64,000 bases of DNA, from the NCBI GenBank assembly GCA_028023455.1, contig JAQFVV010000005.1, positions 15,872,001 through 15,936,000 on the forward strand. The letters are read 5' to 3'. The translations under genes were made by a program, and so were the position numbers. Shown piece by piece: positions 38,701 through 52,161 of this stretch. Positions within the stretch are counted from its first letter, which is position 1. Every line of letters starts with the position of its first letter. The DNA is from Epiperipatus broadwayi (taxonomy: Eukaryota > Animalia > Onychophora). The notes beneath the pieces are model-generated. The model saw only the letters and a list, made by a program, of their open reading frames with translations, searched no databases and was not told the origin of the DNA.

Positions 38701-40241
38701 AACTTCTTGTGAATGAAAGCTGTACAGTAGAAGGTAGTATAGGAATATGGATAGGTAGTACTGGATAGGTATTTATTAAACCCTATCAGTTGGCATCTAT
38801 TGATTACTCAATTTTACACTAGGAAATACAAAGTTTGTCTCTGAATTTTATTATTCTTATTTTTAATTTTTCTTAGAGTTATTTATTTCTGATTTTAGCA
38901 GTTGCATATAATGATCATTTGTACACAGTGATGGTTTCATGGGGGCAATCCCTGAAATAATTTGCAATATGTGTTTGAATATGTATTTTCAAAAATTGTA
39001 ATAGAATCACACATCTCTATTTTAAATATTAAGTCATCATGTAATTATTTGGCTTGGAACTGGTGTTAATTTTTAGGGTCATCTGATCTCTGTTTTGGGA
39101 TAAAATATTGTATAACAAATAATTTTTGAAATTTTTCTGTGCTGTGATATAGGTGATTTGCTATTCATTCATTTACATGACTGTGCATGGTTTGATTAGC
39201 TATCTTTGTTAAATGGATTTAAGCATGTTTTGATATATGTCATGGATATATTATTTATATCTCCCTTTTAGGATTGCTTAATCTTTTCTAAATGAAGCAT
39301 GGATTATATTGTGTGACTAGATAGTGCATGAGTATAGTGAGATTACTGCATAAAAATTACAGATTGTTATATCAGTATTTCAATAAAATTTATGTGAACA
39401 GAGAGATCATGTGATCATTCGATTTTATGAGTCAACAAAAACAATTACAGCAATTACCCACAGGTTTTTTTCTTTCTGACTAAATATAATTCACTTCTGC
39501 ATCTCATTTTTAAAATTATTTAAAATAGAAATTAAATTTCAGTCCTTTGAATGCAAGCACTCCAGGAAGTAGTTTTTGAAGATGAAATAATTATATTTTA
39601 ATAACTTTCATAAATTAGTTATTATTATTTTGTAACTTGATTAATATGTTTTCTTCTTTTTATTATTATTGAGTTTACTTTTGTTTTTAAAAGAATTTAC
39701 TTAATACTTTTTTCTATAACATCTAGTATAAAAATTTATTTATTTTTTCAAAAAAGAATTAGAATAATTTGCTTTTGAAAAACCATATCTTAATGTGATG
39801 ACAAGCAGCAAATAATGGCTGACGTAATAAAAATAAAGTCTAGCCGATGTTCATAAAACATTACTATTAAAAAAGAGCTTAGTAAATGTTTATTTGGAGG
39901 GACATTATAAAGTAAGATACTAAACAAAAGGATAAAAAATTGAAAGTTTCTGAATTTTTTATTTGGGGAAATGTAGAGAGAATGAATTGGAAAAATAAAA
40001 TTTTAATACTGAAATAAGAAGTGAGAGAATATACAGCAAAAAAAAAAAAAGATTGAATTGAAAACATACAGGCTGAAAAATTATGAGGAATATTCTAAAA
40101 AGATTTTTAAAAAAATGAGATAGAGAGAAAATTTTGATTGAAGGGATAGTTATGAATGCCTTAAGGTTAGCAAAAAAAAAATCCAAAGATTTACAGGGGT
40201 TCATGAATTAATGTGAAGTTAATAATATTGCTGATAACAAA

Positions 40242-40350
40242 TAAACATCACATGACCACCACTGGGGATTTTATGCACAAGCCTTCTGGCATCCATTGAT
40301 TATTCTAGCTTGCTGTGTGTGGCAATACATATAGTGAGTTTGGCCTGTGA
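40242..40350. repeat. Family B fragment joined to an inverted B terminus
   Basis: taaacatcacatgaccaccact is fused to ggggattttatgcacaagccttctggcatccattgatt...gagtttggcctgt. Confidence 0.85.
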
Positions 40351-41375
40351 TAATAAATAAACTTGGGGAAAAAAACATTGTAGAGAATGATTTTGTTTAT
40401 TTAATCATATAGTTTAGTTTCTCATGAGGTTATGTGACAATTATGCAACAGTAGTGTAAAGGGAGAACAGCAGGGCTTCTTGATTGAATTTTCATTTGTA
40501 TTTAGTTCATCACCAGTGGTAAATGACAGATTAAGAAGTGCAAAGTTTTTGAATTTACATCTGAATAATGTAAAAAATTATCAATTTATCAGTTAAATAA
40601 AATCCCCATTTGGAAGCTTAAACATCACATGATATTCAAAAAACTAATGTTTATTTATTTCTTAAATGAATAGACTGAATTTCCACCCAGCTTTCTCAGT
40701 CATTACAGAAATCATTTGCTAAATGTTAGGCTCCTTTTTATACTGAACCGATTGTGTAAGATAAAGTATTTATTTTTATTCGCACACCAAAGTGCATTAA
40801 AGTTTATGATTTATCTCTAAGTGTAAAAATAAATTGTACACAAAGAATAGAGAAAAATTGCTCCTGATTAAATTTTATTCCTTGCAATAATCTATCACCT
40901 TATGACTAGTAGTAGTTAATGCTTTCTTTCATTATATTCACAATCTAAGTTGGAATCTAGTTGGAGCTTATATTTGTTTTAAAAAGCTAAGAAATTTCCT
41001 AGGTAAGTTAAGAATTTTTTAAGCGGTAACACATAGCCCATTCAGATTTCCATTCACTACAGATGTGCATAAGACATTTCTATATTGGCCACTAGATTAC
41101 TAATGCATTGACTATAAAACAAAAGCATGAAGTTGATTCTACAATCCATTGACCCTTGTCTTCTTAGTTTTGGTCAGAAAACTCATCATAAATGCAGTAA
41201 AAAGAATAGATTAAGATAGTAAGATTATAACAATAAAATCCAGAAAAAAATGTATAGAACACTGTTCTGATGATTGAAGTAGAAAATTGTTGGCTTCTAT
41301 TACTCACCTGATATCAAGATTATGTTAAACAGTAACTTGAAATTCATAAAAAGTTTGAACATTGGAAGTAACAGA

Positions 41376-41428
41376 TCTGGGCTGCAATCCATGAACTTTG
41401 AACTCTACCACTGCGCCAAGCCATGTAG
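41376..41428 (-). mobile_element. SINE-like family S3 fragment
   Basis: Minus strand catggcttggcgcagtggtagagttcaaagttcatggattgcagccc. Confidence 0.5.
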
Positions 41429-42200
41429 GAAAAATGCAGTTGTTATTAAAAATAATTTTCATTAAAAATCAACTAAAAAAGAAATGGCAAAACACATCCA
41501 CTGATGATAATCAGGAAGTACTTCCTGATCATAATATTCACTGCCAAAAATCTTTTGGAATCAGGCAATCTGTTTTTATTATTTTCCAGAGATTAAATAA
41601 AAACAATGGTAAATTATCACTGTTGATGATTAAGCACCTTTGCATTACACAATCGCAGTACTCATTTGCTAAGAAAAACTTATGAACTTATAAGCATTCC
41701 TGGGTGAGTTGCAACTGATGAATGATTAGAAGTTTTTTTTTTTACAAAACAACTATTATTAAGAAACTCTTCAGAGTCATCAACTTCTTACAAAGTTTGA
41801 AAGCAGATATTCCTGGTATCAATTGAGAAAACTGCAGAGAAAGTTAATGTATTCTTATCAACACATCCTTATTTTTGCCATCTTAACCCTTAATAAAAGT
41901 GAAATTGTGTTTCAAAATATAGTAAAATGACAAAAACAAAAGGTGTACAATATTCTTCTCTGCAGTTATTGATGCTAGTGACACCTATCTTTAAACTCTA
42001 AAAACAATAGAAGTGAACAATGTGTGAAATCAATATATATTAAGTGCAATGCAGCCAAATCTCTGTGATTGGCACTCTTCTGGTAAAAGACACCAAACTG
42101 GCACTGTTTTCTACTTTCCTATTTTTAAAACAGAGACAAAGCAATTAGAGAAGCTGAATATAAAAAATTAGCAATAAATGCAAAAATATAAAACTGGTAT

Positions 42201-42308
42201 AGAGTTAGAAGATTCGTTTGATATATATATATATACATCAGTTACAAAAGACTCAGAGTTAGAAGATTCGTTTGATATATATATATATACATCAGTTACA
42301 AAAGACTC
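42201..42308. repeat. Perfect 54 bp tandem duplication
   Basis: agagttagaagattcgtttg(at)n acatcagttacaaaagactc occurs twice. Confidence 0.95.
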
Positions 42309-42517
42309 ATTTTCATATGGAGTCATATGTTTAAAAAGCAAAATATTAATTTACATAAAGAATGCCATCTTAAAACAAAAAATCCCAAATGAAGACATGT
42401 TGTGAAAAGATGAAAATTAAAAGGTGTTTTAAAAAATTAATTTTGCATATAAAATAAATAATTGAATGTTAATATATCACTTGGGTATTCATAAGAAGTT
42501 CAAGCATCCAAAAATAA

Positions 42518-42582
42518 TGGAGCAGAACCATGGTCCTTTGACCCTGAGCTCCAAAGTCTACCATTTTACCATTACATTAAGC
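42518..42582 (-). mobile_element. SINE-like family S3, abutting the hAT end
   Basis: Minus strand gcttaatgtaatggtaaaatggtagactttggagctcagggtcaaaggaccatggttctgctcc. Confidence 0.5.
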
Positions 42583-43100
42583 CAGGGGTGGGAAATCTTT
42601 GTTCTGCCAAGAGCCATTTGTATATTTATATTTTCATTCATGGGCTTTATAAAATTTTTGATATTTGACCAAAAATTTAATTAATTTACTTCTATTCATT
42701 AACACTGGGCACTCTTTTTACTTGGCAGACCAATTTTAAGTTTCTCCTTTTAAATGAGGGTCATAACCTTTTTGTGAATTAAAAATGAAGTAACATCATT
42801 ATTATTAATGATTGTAATGTATAATTTTTCCATTTCACCTTGAATCTATCCTCATGACATATATTCTTAAATTTCTTTTTATGTTCTGGACAGGTTAATT
42901 CTACAGTAGCAAGGATGCAGTCTTCTATAAATTCCCCTTCAGAAAATGATTTTACATTTTCTGCTTTTTTTAAAAAATAGTTTGCTCTCACAGAATTTTC
43001 TGATTTTTTGTATTTTTTATAATGCATATCAGCTATGTGAAACTCCATTTCAAGTTTTCTATTTTAATATTTTTTCCTTCCCCAATAATTTTGTTGTAAT
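42583..43100 (-). mobile_element. hAT (Charlie/Buster-like) transposon relic with terminal inverted repeat and transposase fragment
   Basis: TIR-like CAGGGGTGGGAAATCTTT...GCCAAGAGCCATTTG at 42583. ORF 42779..43048 KSFSEGEFIEDCILATVELTCPEHKKKFKNI matches the KPFSxGEFxKxC...CPE motif of SPIN/GTF2IRD2-type transposases. Confidence 0.75.
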
Positions 43101-43278
43101 CAGAATATTTAACAAATAGTGTCTCTTAATAATGTGTTTTTTATTAACTAAAATACTTTCCAGACATATCATGCACACTGACTTTCTATTTCTTTCTATA
43201 TACAAAAAATATGCATTAGCCATTTCTTTTTAAATGCATGATTTTCTTTACCATTTTTTTTTTTTATCTAGCTTCATA

Positions 43279-43535
43279 AAAACAGGCAAAACTCACTACA
43301 CGTATTGCCACACACAGCAATCTAGGGTAATCAATGGATGCCAGAAGTCTGGGGATATTGGATGAGTAGACACTAGATGTGCATAAAATCCCCATCTAGT
43401 GGCTACTCATCCAATATCCCCAGACTTCTGGCATCCATTGATTACTCTAGATTGCTGGGTGTGGCAATACATATAGTGAGTTTTGCCTGTTTTAAAACAG
43501 TTATAAGCAAGCATAAAAAGTGGTGGTCATATGAT
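43279..43535. mobile_element. Family B fold-back palindrome (~100 bp arms) plus B 3' terminus
   Basis: aaaacaggcaaaactcacta...actagatg / catctagt...gagttttgcctgtttt, then cagttataagcaagcataaaaagtggtggtcatatg. Confidence 0.9.
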
Positions 43536-43563
43536 ATCTTGTTCCATGTAGACATTCTAATAA

Positions 43564-43771
<208 letters not shown>

Positions 43772-44094
43772 GAATAAAGTAAAATTCCAATTATTTTTGC
43801 TAATTATATGTTTGTCTGTGAAAATCACTATACAAACAAAATGTTCTCAGTGTAGGATTAAATCCATAGGTAAATATACCACACAATACAGATAATGTAT
43901 TAAAATATTGAACTTCTGAGAGAATGAAGTAAAATTATTATAGAGGTTGGAAGGAGAAAAAGATGTAGTTAAGAAAATAAATATTTTATTTTACTTAACT
44001 TTTAATTCAATATTTGTAAATATATTTGACTTCACTATGTATACGTTTAAACAGAAGTTTTATATAGATACATTTTGTATACATTTATGAAAAT

Positions 44095-44167
44095 GTCTGG
44101 GGCTGGATCGAGAGCTTTCGAGGACCAGACATTGCCTATGGGCCAGAGATTCGTGCAATAACCCATG
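44095..44167 (-). mobile_element. Second hAT-like terminal segment
   Basis: Minus strand catgggtattgcacgaatctctggcccataggcaatgtctggtcctcgaaagctc resembles decayed Charlie-type subterminal ggcccgcgggcc motifs. No matching 8 bp TSD with the 42583 end. Confidence 0.4.
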
Positions 44168-44739
44168 AAGGACTTTTTTTCTTTTTGCGTAAAGAAAAAA
44201 ACTTACAGTTACTGCAAAACTTCCTAATCAGATAAAAACATAATATCGAAAACATTAAAATATCTTAAGATTTGAACTTCACTTGCCCACTGACTTTACC
44301 AATTTTTACACTGCAACAGTTCGAAATAAAGATGTCACTAGTACGAAGTTAAAGTTAAAAGAAATGACAAATTACACACAGCAGTAAGAAATGTATAAAG
44401 ACTCATTAGAGATGTAATTTAAATCTTGATATCATCTTGTAAAAGCATCTCTTCAGCAAATGTCAGAGTTCATAATCACAGTGCTCTCTGTTAAGTAACT
44501 TTCTGAAGTAAAAAAAAACTTAATTTTCTTTCAGCACACCAAGATATGCTAGTTCTGATGATGAGCGAAGCAGTGTTATTACATTGTTTTTTTTTCGGGA
44601 CAAATCTTTGTAGTGAACTTTTTTTTCTCTATGATTTAAGCAAATAAATAATATTATAATAATTATAACTTGAAAAAAAAAAGAATAATAGATTTAGAAT
44701 TTAGATCGTAAATACTTAGTTTAAGCAAAAAAAGAAAAA

Positions 44740-44850
44740 AATAACTTTAAAAGTAAGCGGAAGAATTTATTCAAGTATAAATAACTCAATCTAAAAGCAT
44801 AGGCTCAGAGCAAAAGAGTTTTAAGATGGCGTAGTCACTTTTCAAATAAA
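44740..44850. promoter_or_regulatory. Candidate housekeeping-type promoter
   Basis: GCGGAAG (ETS-like, ~44757) and AAGATGGCG (YY1-like, ~44823) inside a CpG-retaining island. No transcript evidence. Confidence 0.3.
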
Positions 44851-46541
44851 AAGTAATAATTGATTTACAAAATACGTCTGTTTGATGCAATAACTCTGCG
44901 GTAGAATATTGAGTTAAACCCTAATGCTCAGAAAAGACGTTTGTTATCGTTCTTTTTTAATTCTATTTTTACACTTGATCATCTAAAAATCGCATTTAAG
45001 CTACCTCCAAATGTGTTCACGGCTGAAACTGCTTTATATCAAGGCTACTTTCCTTGAATTTGAGATTAACAGGAAACAAGATCCATGGCCTTGAAAAGCA
45101 AGACCCATTTGACAACAATCATTTCCATAAATATTAACCCTCTTCTGTTCAAATGTTTATTTTTTAACTATTTAATCCGATATTATAGATCTATTTTCTT
45201 CTGTACCTAAAAACTTTATAGTACGATTCATGATATAGTACTTAATAGTACTAGTCTGCTATATTGATATTATGAGGTTCAAAACTGGAATGGCACAAAA
45301 CATTTTAAAAGTCACCTAAAGATTTATACATATCTTTTGCCTAATGTATTGGTCGATTTTAAATAACTTCTATGTTTACCACTTTTTCCTCTGGGTTATA
45401 ATGTGGGATTTCATTAATTATGTATATTCTTTTTTTTTTCTAACTTAGTTATATAATTATCTATTCATGGAAAACAAATGATTTAAAGTATTAACAGATA
45501 AATGTAAACAAATTCTGCTCATGTATAATATTCTCTTCATCAGATTTGTTAAATGGTTTAAGCAGTAAGTAGCATGATGGGATTATCTAAAGTTCCTGCA
45601 CTAGATTTTCATCAAACTTTATATCACTTTTTGAGTGACTTAACATTCAAATTTTATGTTATATGCTTTAGCGTAGTAATAGAATGATGAAGTCTAAAAA
45701 TTGCTGGACTGAATATCAACTTCCAGTTTTTAATATCCGCATAACATTTGCACAATTAACAAACTGGTTATTTTAACCAGCAATAAAGTTGAAATTGTAT
45801 TACAATTGCAGTTTTCAATCTCGCTATCAGTGTATTGACAGTCACGTGACCAATCCAGATTACGGAGATTTTAAAAAAATTTCACCAATAAATATCTAGG
45901 CATTTATTGACTGAGAAGTGCTAACATTCTGGTTGAATTGACTGAAGACTGATTAACTTAAATATATTAAACTTAGGAATTCTTACAACTCCATATAGAT
46001 TTGAACTTAGTCTAATCCAAAACACTACAAGATCATTTAATAAGATGGCAGTCCAAAGTACTTAATCTTAAGTGATCATGTTAAAATATGATTTAGTAGC
46101 CACGTGCTCATCAGCAAGGTACATTTACTAATCCAAATGTTCAGAGTAAGCTAGCATATTACTCATCTATTATGAAAAAATAATATTCTGAAAAGTTATT
46201 CTAAGGTTAAGTATGACAGAATTTATTTTATACAGAAAAATGAAAAATATAATTTTGACCAATTAAAAGGAGCTCGTAAAAAAAGATTGATTTCTTCAGG
46301 GTATTGAAAGAAATTTATTTTAAGTTAAACTCTTTTTAAATATTTCCATCAGAGATTTTAAAATGAATAAATAAAATCTCTTGTGTTGTGTTTGGTTAAA
46401 TTTACAGGTTGGTTCCAAACCAACAGACAAATGGTAACACTACTCAACAGTTAATATGTATAAATTATTAGTGACAAAAATATACACACATGTTAGTTAA
46501 TAAAACATATAAATATGGTCTATACAATTTAATGCTGAGGT

Positions 46542-47018
46542 AGTCATGCCGAATAATGGAAATCACTTCCAGTTATATAAATAGCCTGCCTCATGAGTTC
46601 AAGTATGAGTTTTCCAGTTGTGCAGTACAGCTCGCCTCAAGTTGACTATAGTTCAGACTCTTATGGCTGCGCAGGACAACTTGCCCTAAGTCGGCTGAGG
46701 ACATAGAAGTTTCCAGTCCTTAGGTGGACCTGCCTCACTGCACGGATGTCACGATAATGACTAGAGAAAATACCTTTGCTGATGGCAGAGGGTTTATTGG
46801 AGAGCACATTCCGTCATTCAGGTTGACAGAAATAATTGCTCTCTGCCTTGCCTCCAAAAAGGCTGACTATTTAATGACCCCTACCTTACTGGAAACTCTC
46901 AGATTATGTGCACAAATCCGAACAAAGGATTTATCCCCATTGAATAGTGACCAGGTGCTAGCCAATCAAGCAAGGAATCTGGAATAGTCCACTTCTAAAG
47001 GCAAGGTCAGATATGACA
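46542..47018. mobile_element. Possible solo LTR (~477 bp)
   Basis: GC-rich island with ends (a)gtcat...atgaca, a TATA-like tatataaata on plus and AATAAA on minus. No clean TSD. Confidence 0.35.
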
Positions 47019-47514
47019 CTTGATAGTGTAGATACAAGATTATACAGAATGATATTCCACATAATTCAATTGTCTCAAATATTTTAAGTAATAGAGTGAT
47101 TATTGTCATCTAGATAAGAAAGTGGAATATTCATATCTCTGTAATTAGATCAGCATTTGTCAAATTTCTTTCACTTACATCTTTGATATTATTCCTCTTA
47201 AATAAATATATTAATGATTACTACTAATTGTTTATTAGGCTGGAAAATATCATGTCATTCCTAGCCAACTTATACTTTTACAACTTTTACTTTTATCCAC
47301 TTTACTACTATTAGAAGTCAACTGAGAGCATTAGTTATATTTAAAAATGTGTAAACAAAATATGGGAAACATTTTAAATGCATGAATTATATTGTGTTGT
47401 AGATAATTTATTTCACTTTTGAACTGCATATTCCAAATGGCAATATGACACATAGATTTAAATTTTTTTTTTCTATAAATGTATTTTTTTTTTAAAAAAA
47501 AAGTGTTTATATAT

Positions 47515-47696
47515 TGTAACTGAAAAGTCCACCTGGATCATAACAGGCAGAATTAATGATATAACACAAAATGGTTACGGTATAATCTGGTTGCGGCCAG
47601 GGTGCACCACGAAAAACCATCACAGCAGTACATGAAGATATATTACATTATGCAAAATAAATTGCATGACTATTTAACTAATTATTATTCTCACTA
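47515..47696 (+). repeat. Dispersed repeat D, copy 1 (copy 2 at 51692-51872)
   Basis: tgtaactgaaaagtccacc...ggtataatctggttg...cagcagtacatgaagata...tgactatttaactaatta(t)cattctcacta is shared. Confidence 0.9.
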
Positions 47697-48781
47697 ATAA
47701 CTATATCTTAAAAACTACATTTCAAAACCTTAATTTACGATTTTTATTTACGCGAGACCTTATGGCCGACCACGAACAAGATGGTATGATCTATAAAACT
47801 ACTAAAGATTACTCTTCCAGGATTAAATGTATAATCCATTACATCAATACCAACTATAATATGGTGAATATAGGTCATTTAACAAGATAGTAAAAATTAT
47901 AGTCAGCCTCTTAACATAATTGACTGTAGCTTAGATACACTCAGGATTTTAGTAGAAAAATGCCATGTAGAGTATTTGCTTTGCAATAAAAAATAAGCAT
48001 ATAAACTTTAGGTTCTTTCATCATTAATTTAAATTTCTAATTAAATCAATAGCAATGAGACTCTTATTGTAATAGATAAATCGCAAATTATAAGATTAGA
48101 AAATAGGTTCCATTATAATATTGGCTAGCAAACTTATTTATTAATTTATGTCCTAATATCAAACGTCAATGGAAGTAACAGATTCTGGGTTATATTATAA
48201 GATTAGAAAAGCAAAGCTAAAGTGATGGAGAAGGTAAACGGGATTTTATTATGCTCTGTGCATCACTAATTACCCAAGAACAAAAGCATTAAGATATTCT
48301 CTTATAGTTCATTTATCAGTGACAATATATGTTCTAATATGCGATCTATTTAATATGGTGGATTTTCTGGTTCTATGTATGACAAATAGTAATGGCATAG
48401 TTAGGTTAAATTATAAAATTAACATTTATTTACAACTCCATCAATATTAAATAAATAATTAATACAATATTTACAAAATTAAATAAACAATAAATATAAT
48501 AAAAGACTATCACATATAATTGTTTTTATACCTGGATAACATACATGCATTAGATTAATAAATAGATAAGATAAAAGACCATCACATGTACTTGTTCCTA
48601 TACATGGATAGTGTACCTATACATGGATAGTGTACATGAATTCCAAATAAACACAATATAATATTTTCTCACAAATGGATTTGATTTCAGTCCCTTATAG
48701 AAGAGAGGATGGGTTCAAACACCTAATCAGTAACACTTCCAATATGTCAAAATCAGAACGAACACACCTATACCCCAGATT

Positions 48782-49015
<234 letters not shown>

Positions 49016-50489
49016 CACAAATGGTGTTGACAAACATGTAAAAGCTGGCTATGAGAAGATAATAAATCAAAGAGATTTGATTCTGAAATCAGCTTGAAAT
49101 ATCATATAAATTGATATGTAATAAATTATGAAAATGATTAATCAGATGTCCTTTGAGTGGCTGATAACTGAACATGTAGGGTCAATTTAAAGATGACAGA
49201 ATAACATCAGTGTCATAATGTATGGAAACTCTGTCCAAACATATTTCATATAACAAAGAACAATGACATCTCTACAGATGTATTTATCCACATAATGGAA
49301 TAACAAAGCATTAAATGCCCTGTAGGTTTTTTAACCATCATTGGAATGACAAGGACAATTACAGACTGTTCCATGGATTAACCACCAGTGCAGGAACAAA
49401 TATAAAGGATATAATAAAATGACAAGTGATTACTCTGTGAATTAGCCCACCTCTACAAAGTATATAAAGAATGTAATAAATCGAAAATGATTATTCTGTG
49501 GATTAAACCACCAGCACAGAATAATACCATATAACATTATAAAATGGTGTTAACATTTATTTTCCACATAAAAGAGACAAAAAATTACCCTCATCAATAA
49601 AATTGCTAAATTAGGAGACACATGCAGTCTTACAAGCCTGAATTAAGACAAAATGAAATAAATACTTTAACATAGGAAGTAACTGAAATAATGGCCAATT
49701 CTGTCTAGAACATGGGTAAAAATGAGTGTAGACACAAAACCTTGGAAAGACATATAAGACTAAGCCATATGATGTTGATACATTTTATAGATTCATTAAA
49801 TCAACCATTAAACCTTTACACAAGCTCTGTTCCCTAATAATTTATTTTCTTCAATCTCTATATCATATGTTTAATTCAATTAATCTAAATTGATAAATAA
49901 TTATTTTAGGCCCAATAGAATATATACATGAACTTCATACATGTATGAAATAATATATAATATGAACCAAAACAAAACACACCCTAGTTTAAATGACTAC
50001 ACTAAATTTAAATACATAATATTTCCAATATATTAAATATTCCCAATAAAATCAATAACATTTTCTTACTACCTAATGTACAACATATAAATTAAATAGT
50101 TTTTCAATTACAACATATAGAATTTTATGAGTTTGATTGTATTTCTCTTCGTTTCTACCCATAATGAATATTCCATAATTAATTGATTCACGTGAAGGTT
50201 CTCTGAATACTCATATATTTTTAAAAGATAGGACATGTATAATTTTAATTAAAATATTCCTCAGAAGTTAATACTTCATTACTTATATTTTGGGAATTAC
50301 TCCAAACTTAAAATATTCCATTACTTTTTATTTATTTAGTTAGTGTTGAAGTGTTTACAGTCTCATCCAGTATTTTTTTTTTATCTTCCCTAATTCAGCT
50401 TTACTCTCTGCTGTGGATTCATTCATAGGATTAAATATAAAATTTTCAAAAGTTAAGTGATTTTCATTAATATCTTGAAGCTTAACTCT

Positions 50490-51000
50490 ACTACCCAAAC
50501 TTTATAGCTCATCTCACTAATATGCCTTATTATTTGTGTCAACTGATTCTTTGAATATACAATCCCTGCCTCAAGCTTCTTCAACCTGCTTTCTACCTTC
50601 TCCTCATTGATTATAAAATTATTTATAAATTTATTCTAGGTGAACTTCTGAATGCTTCTTATAATCTAAGAAGCTAGCCTTAATTTCCTCTAGCTTAATA
50701 TCTGATTTGCTTTTGGCTGCTTTACAATTGTTTTCTAAGGACTGAAATTTCTGGTTAAATTCTTCCATCATTTTCATTCTAGCAGCTTCTATTTTTTCTT
50801 TCACAAACTCCTGAACTTCAGCCATCTTAACAGATTGCTCTTCTAACTTCTTATTCATCTTTCTGAGACTAATATTTCTCAAACTTCATATAGTGCTCAT
50901 CTAATTTTTGAGACTTCTCCTCCAACTTCTTATTCATCTCCATTTGAGACTGAGACATCTTACTAAATCTGCTCTCCATGTATCAGTATAATTTGTTGCT
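50490..51000 (-). pseudogene. Decayed coiled-coil ORF (Gag/ORF1-like) of a retroelement
   Basis: ORF 50631..50882 is E/K/M-rich with heptad character, similar in style to 13591..14343. Coding-like sequence continues past the stop. No PBS or LTR confirmed. Confidence 0.4.
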
Positions 51001-51691
51001 GGATATCAAAATTGCCAATCTTTTGGGTTCCTCCCAGATCTTTAACCTTTTTAAAATCACTCATTTTAGGTATTTTATTAGTAATGGAAAATATATTTCA
51101 ATGTCCTTTAACACAACTGTCACCTTCGTATTGATATCTATATTTTAATAATTTATGAATTAAAATCTGTTCAAGCCAACCAACCTCTAAATTGTCACCA
51201 CTAACAATCTATCTTAGATAGTACATATCACATCTATATTAAAATGATCTAGACTCCAACTATAATCATCACCAGTGGTCATGAAAACCTATAAACCCTC
51301 CATAATATTTGCCCCTCACAATTCAATCATAAAATCTGTTGATATATTCTGGAATACAATTGCTATTGTCACCAGAAATCCATGTAAGTAATTTGAAGTG
51401 GAATATAACATTGAAAAGAAACATTTAATATTTTATTGCTGTTATTGAGCAATCTGTTACCTGACAAATATTTATACAGTCGATAAAATTTTAGTATGCA
51501 ATTTTGAAAATTTAAAAAAATATTTCAAAGACCTGAGTTCTGGCTATATTGTTGGTACCAAAGTTAAAGAAGCATGTCATGCTGAGGCACATTAAAAATC
51601 AAAATTATAGACCAATGATGGACTGGAATAATTTATTCTACACCCATCACTCATCAGAAAATCATATCTCACATTACAAGGTGCCACAAAC

Positions 51692-51872
51692 TGTAACTGA
51701 AAAGTCCACCCAAATTGTAATAGGCAGAATCAATGATACAACACAAAACTATTATGGTATAATCTGGTTGTGGCCAAGGTGCACTGCAAAGACTATCGCA
51801 GCAGTACATGAAGATACATTACATTACCAAAAATAAATTGTGTGACTATTTAACTAATTATCATTCTCACTA
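51692..51872 (+). repeat. Dispersed repeat D, copy 2
   Basis: See 47515-47696. Confidence 0.9.
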
Positions 51873-52161
51873 TTTGTTTTTATTTATCTTACTAAACAAT
51901 GTAACATGCTGTTGGTTTTTTGCAGGTTAAGCACAGCTTGTCTAACTCAGTGATTGGAAAAGAGCAAAACTAATATATGAGATAAAATAAATATATAATA
52001 AGCAAGGCAAAAATGAAACTACACAATCTCATCATTAAGTCAATTTGAATACAAGTATCAAATATATACAAAATTCTAATGATGATAATCAAATCACCTA
52101 GAAGAAGGTAGAGAAATTTTAAATCAATTCCACCAAACTATACATTTGTACCCATATATAT

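Noticed and set aside
41501-41529. CTGATGA next to the 20 bp palindrome atcaggaagtacttcctgat
   Set aside because: GGAA rather than GAAA and no coherent three-way junction; noted only as a short palindrome.
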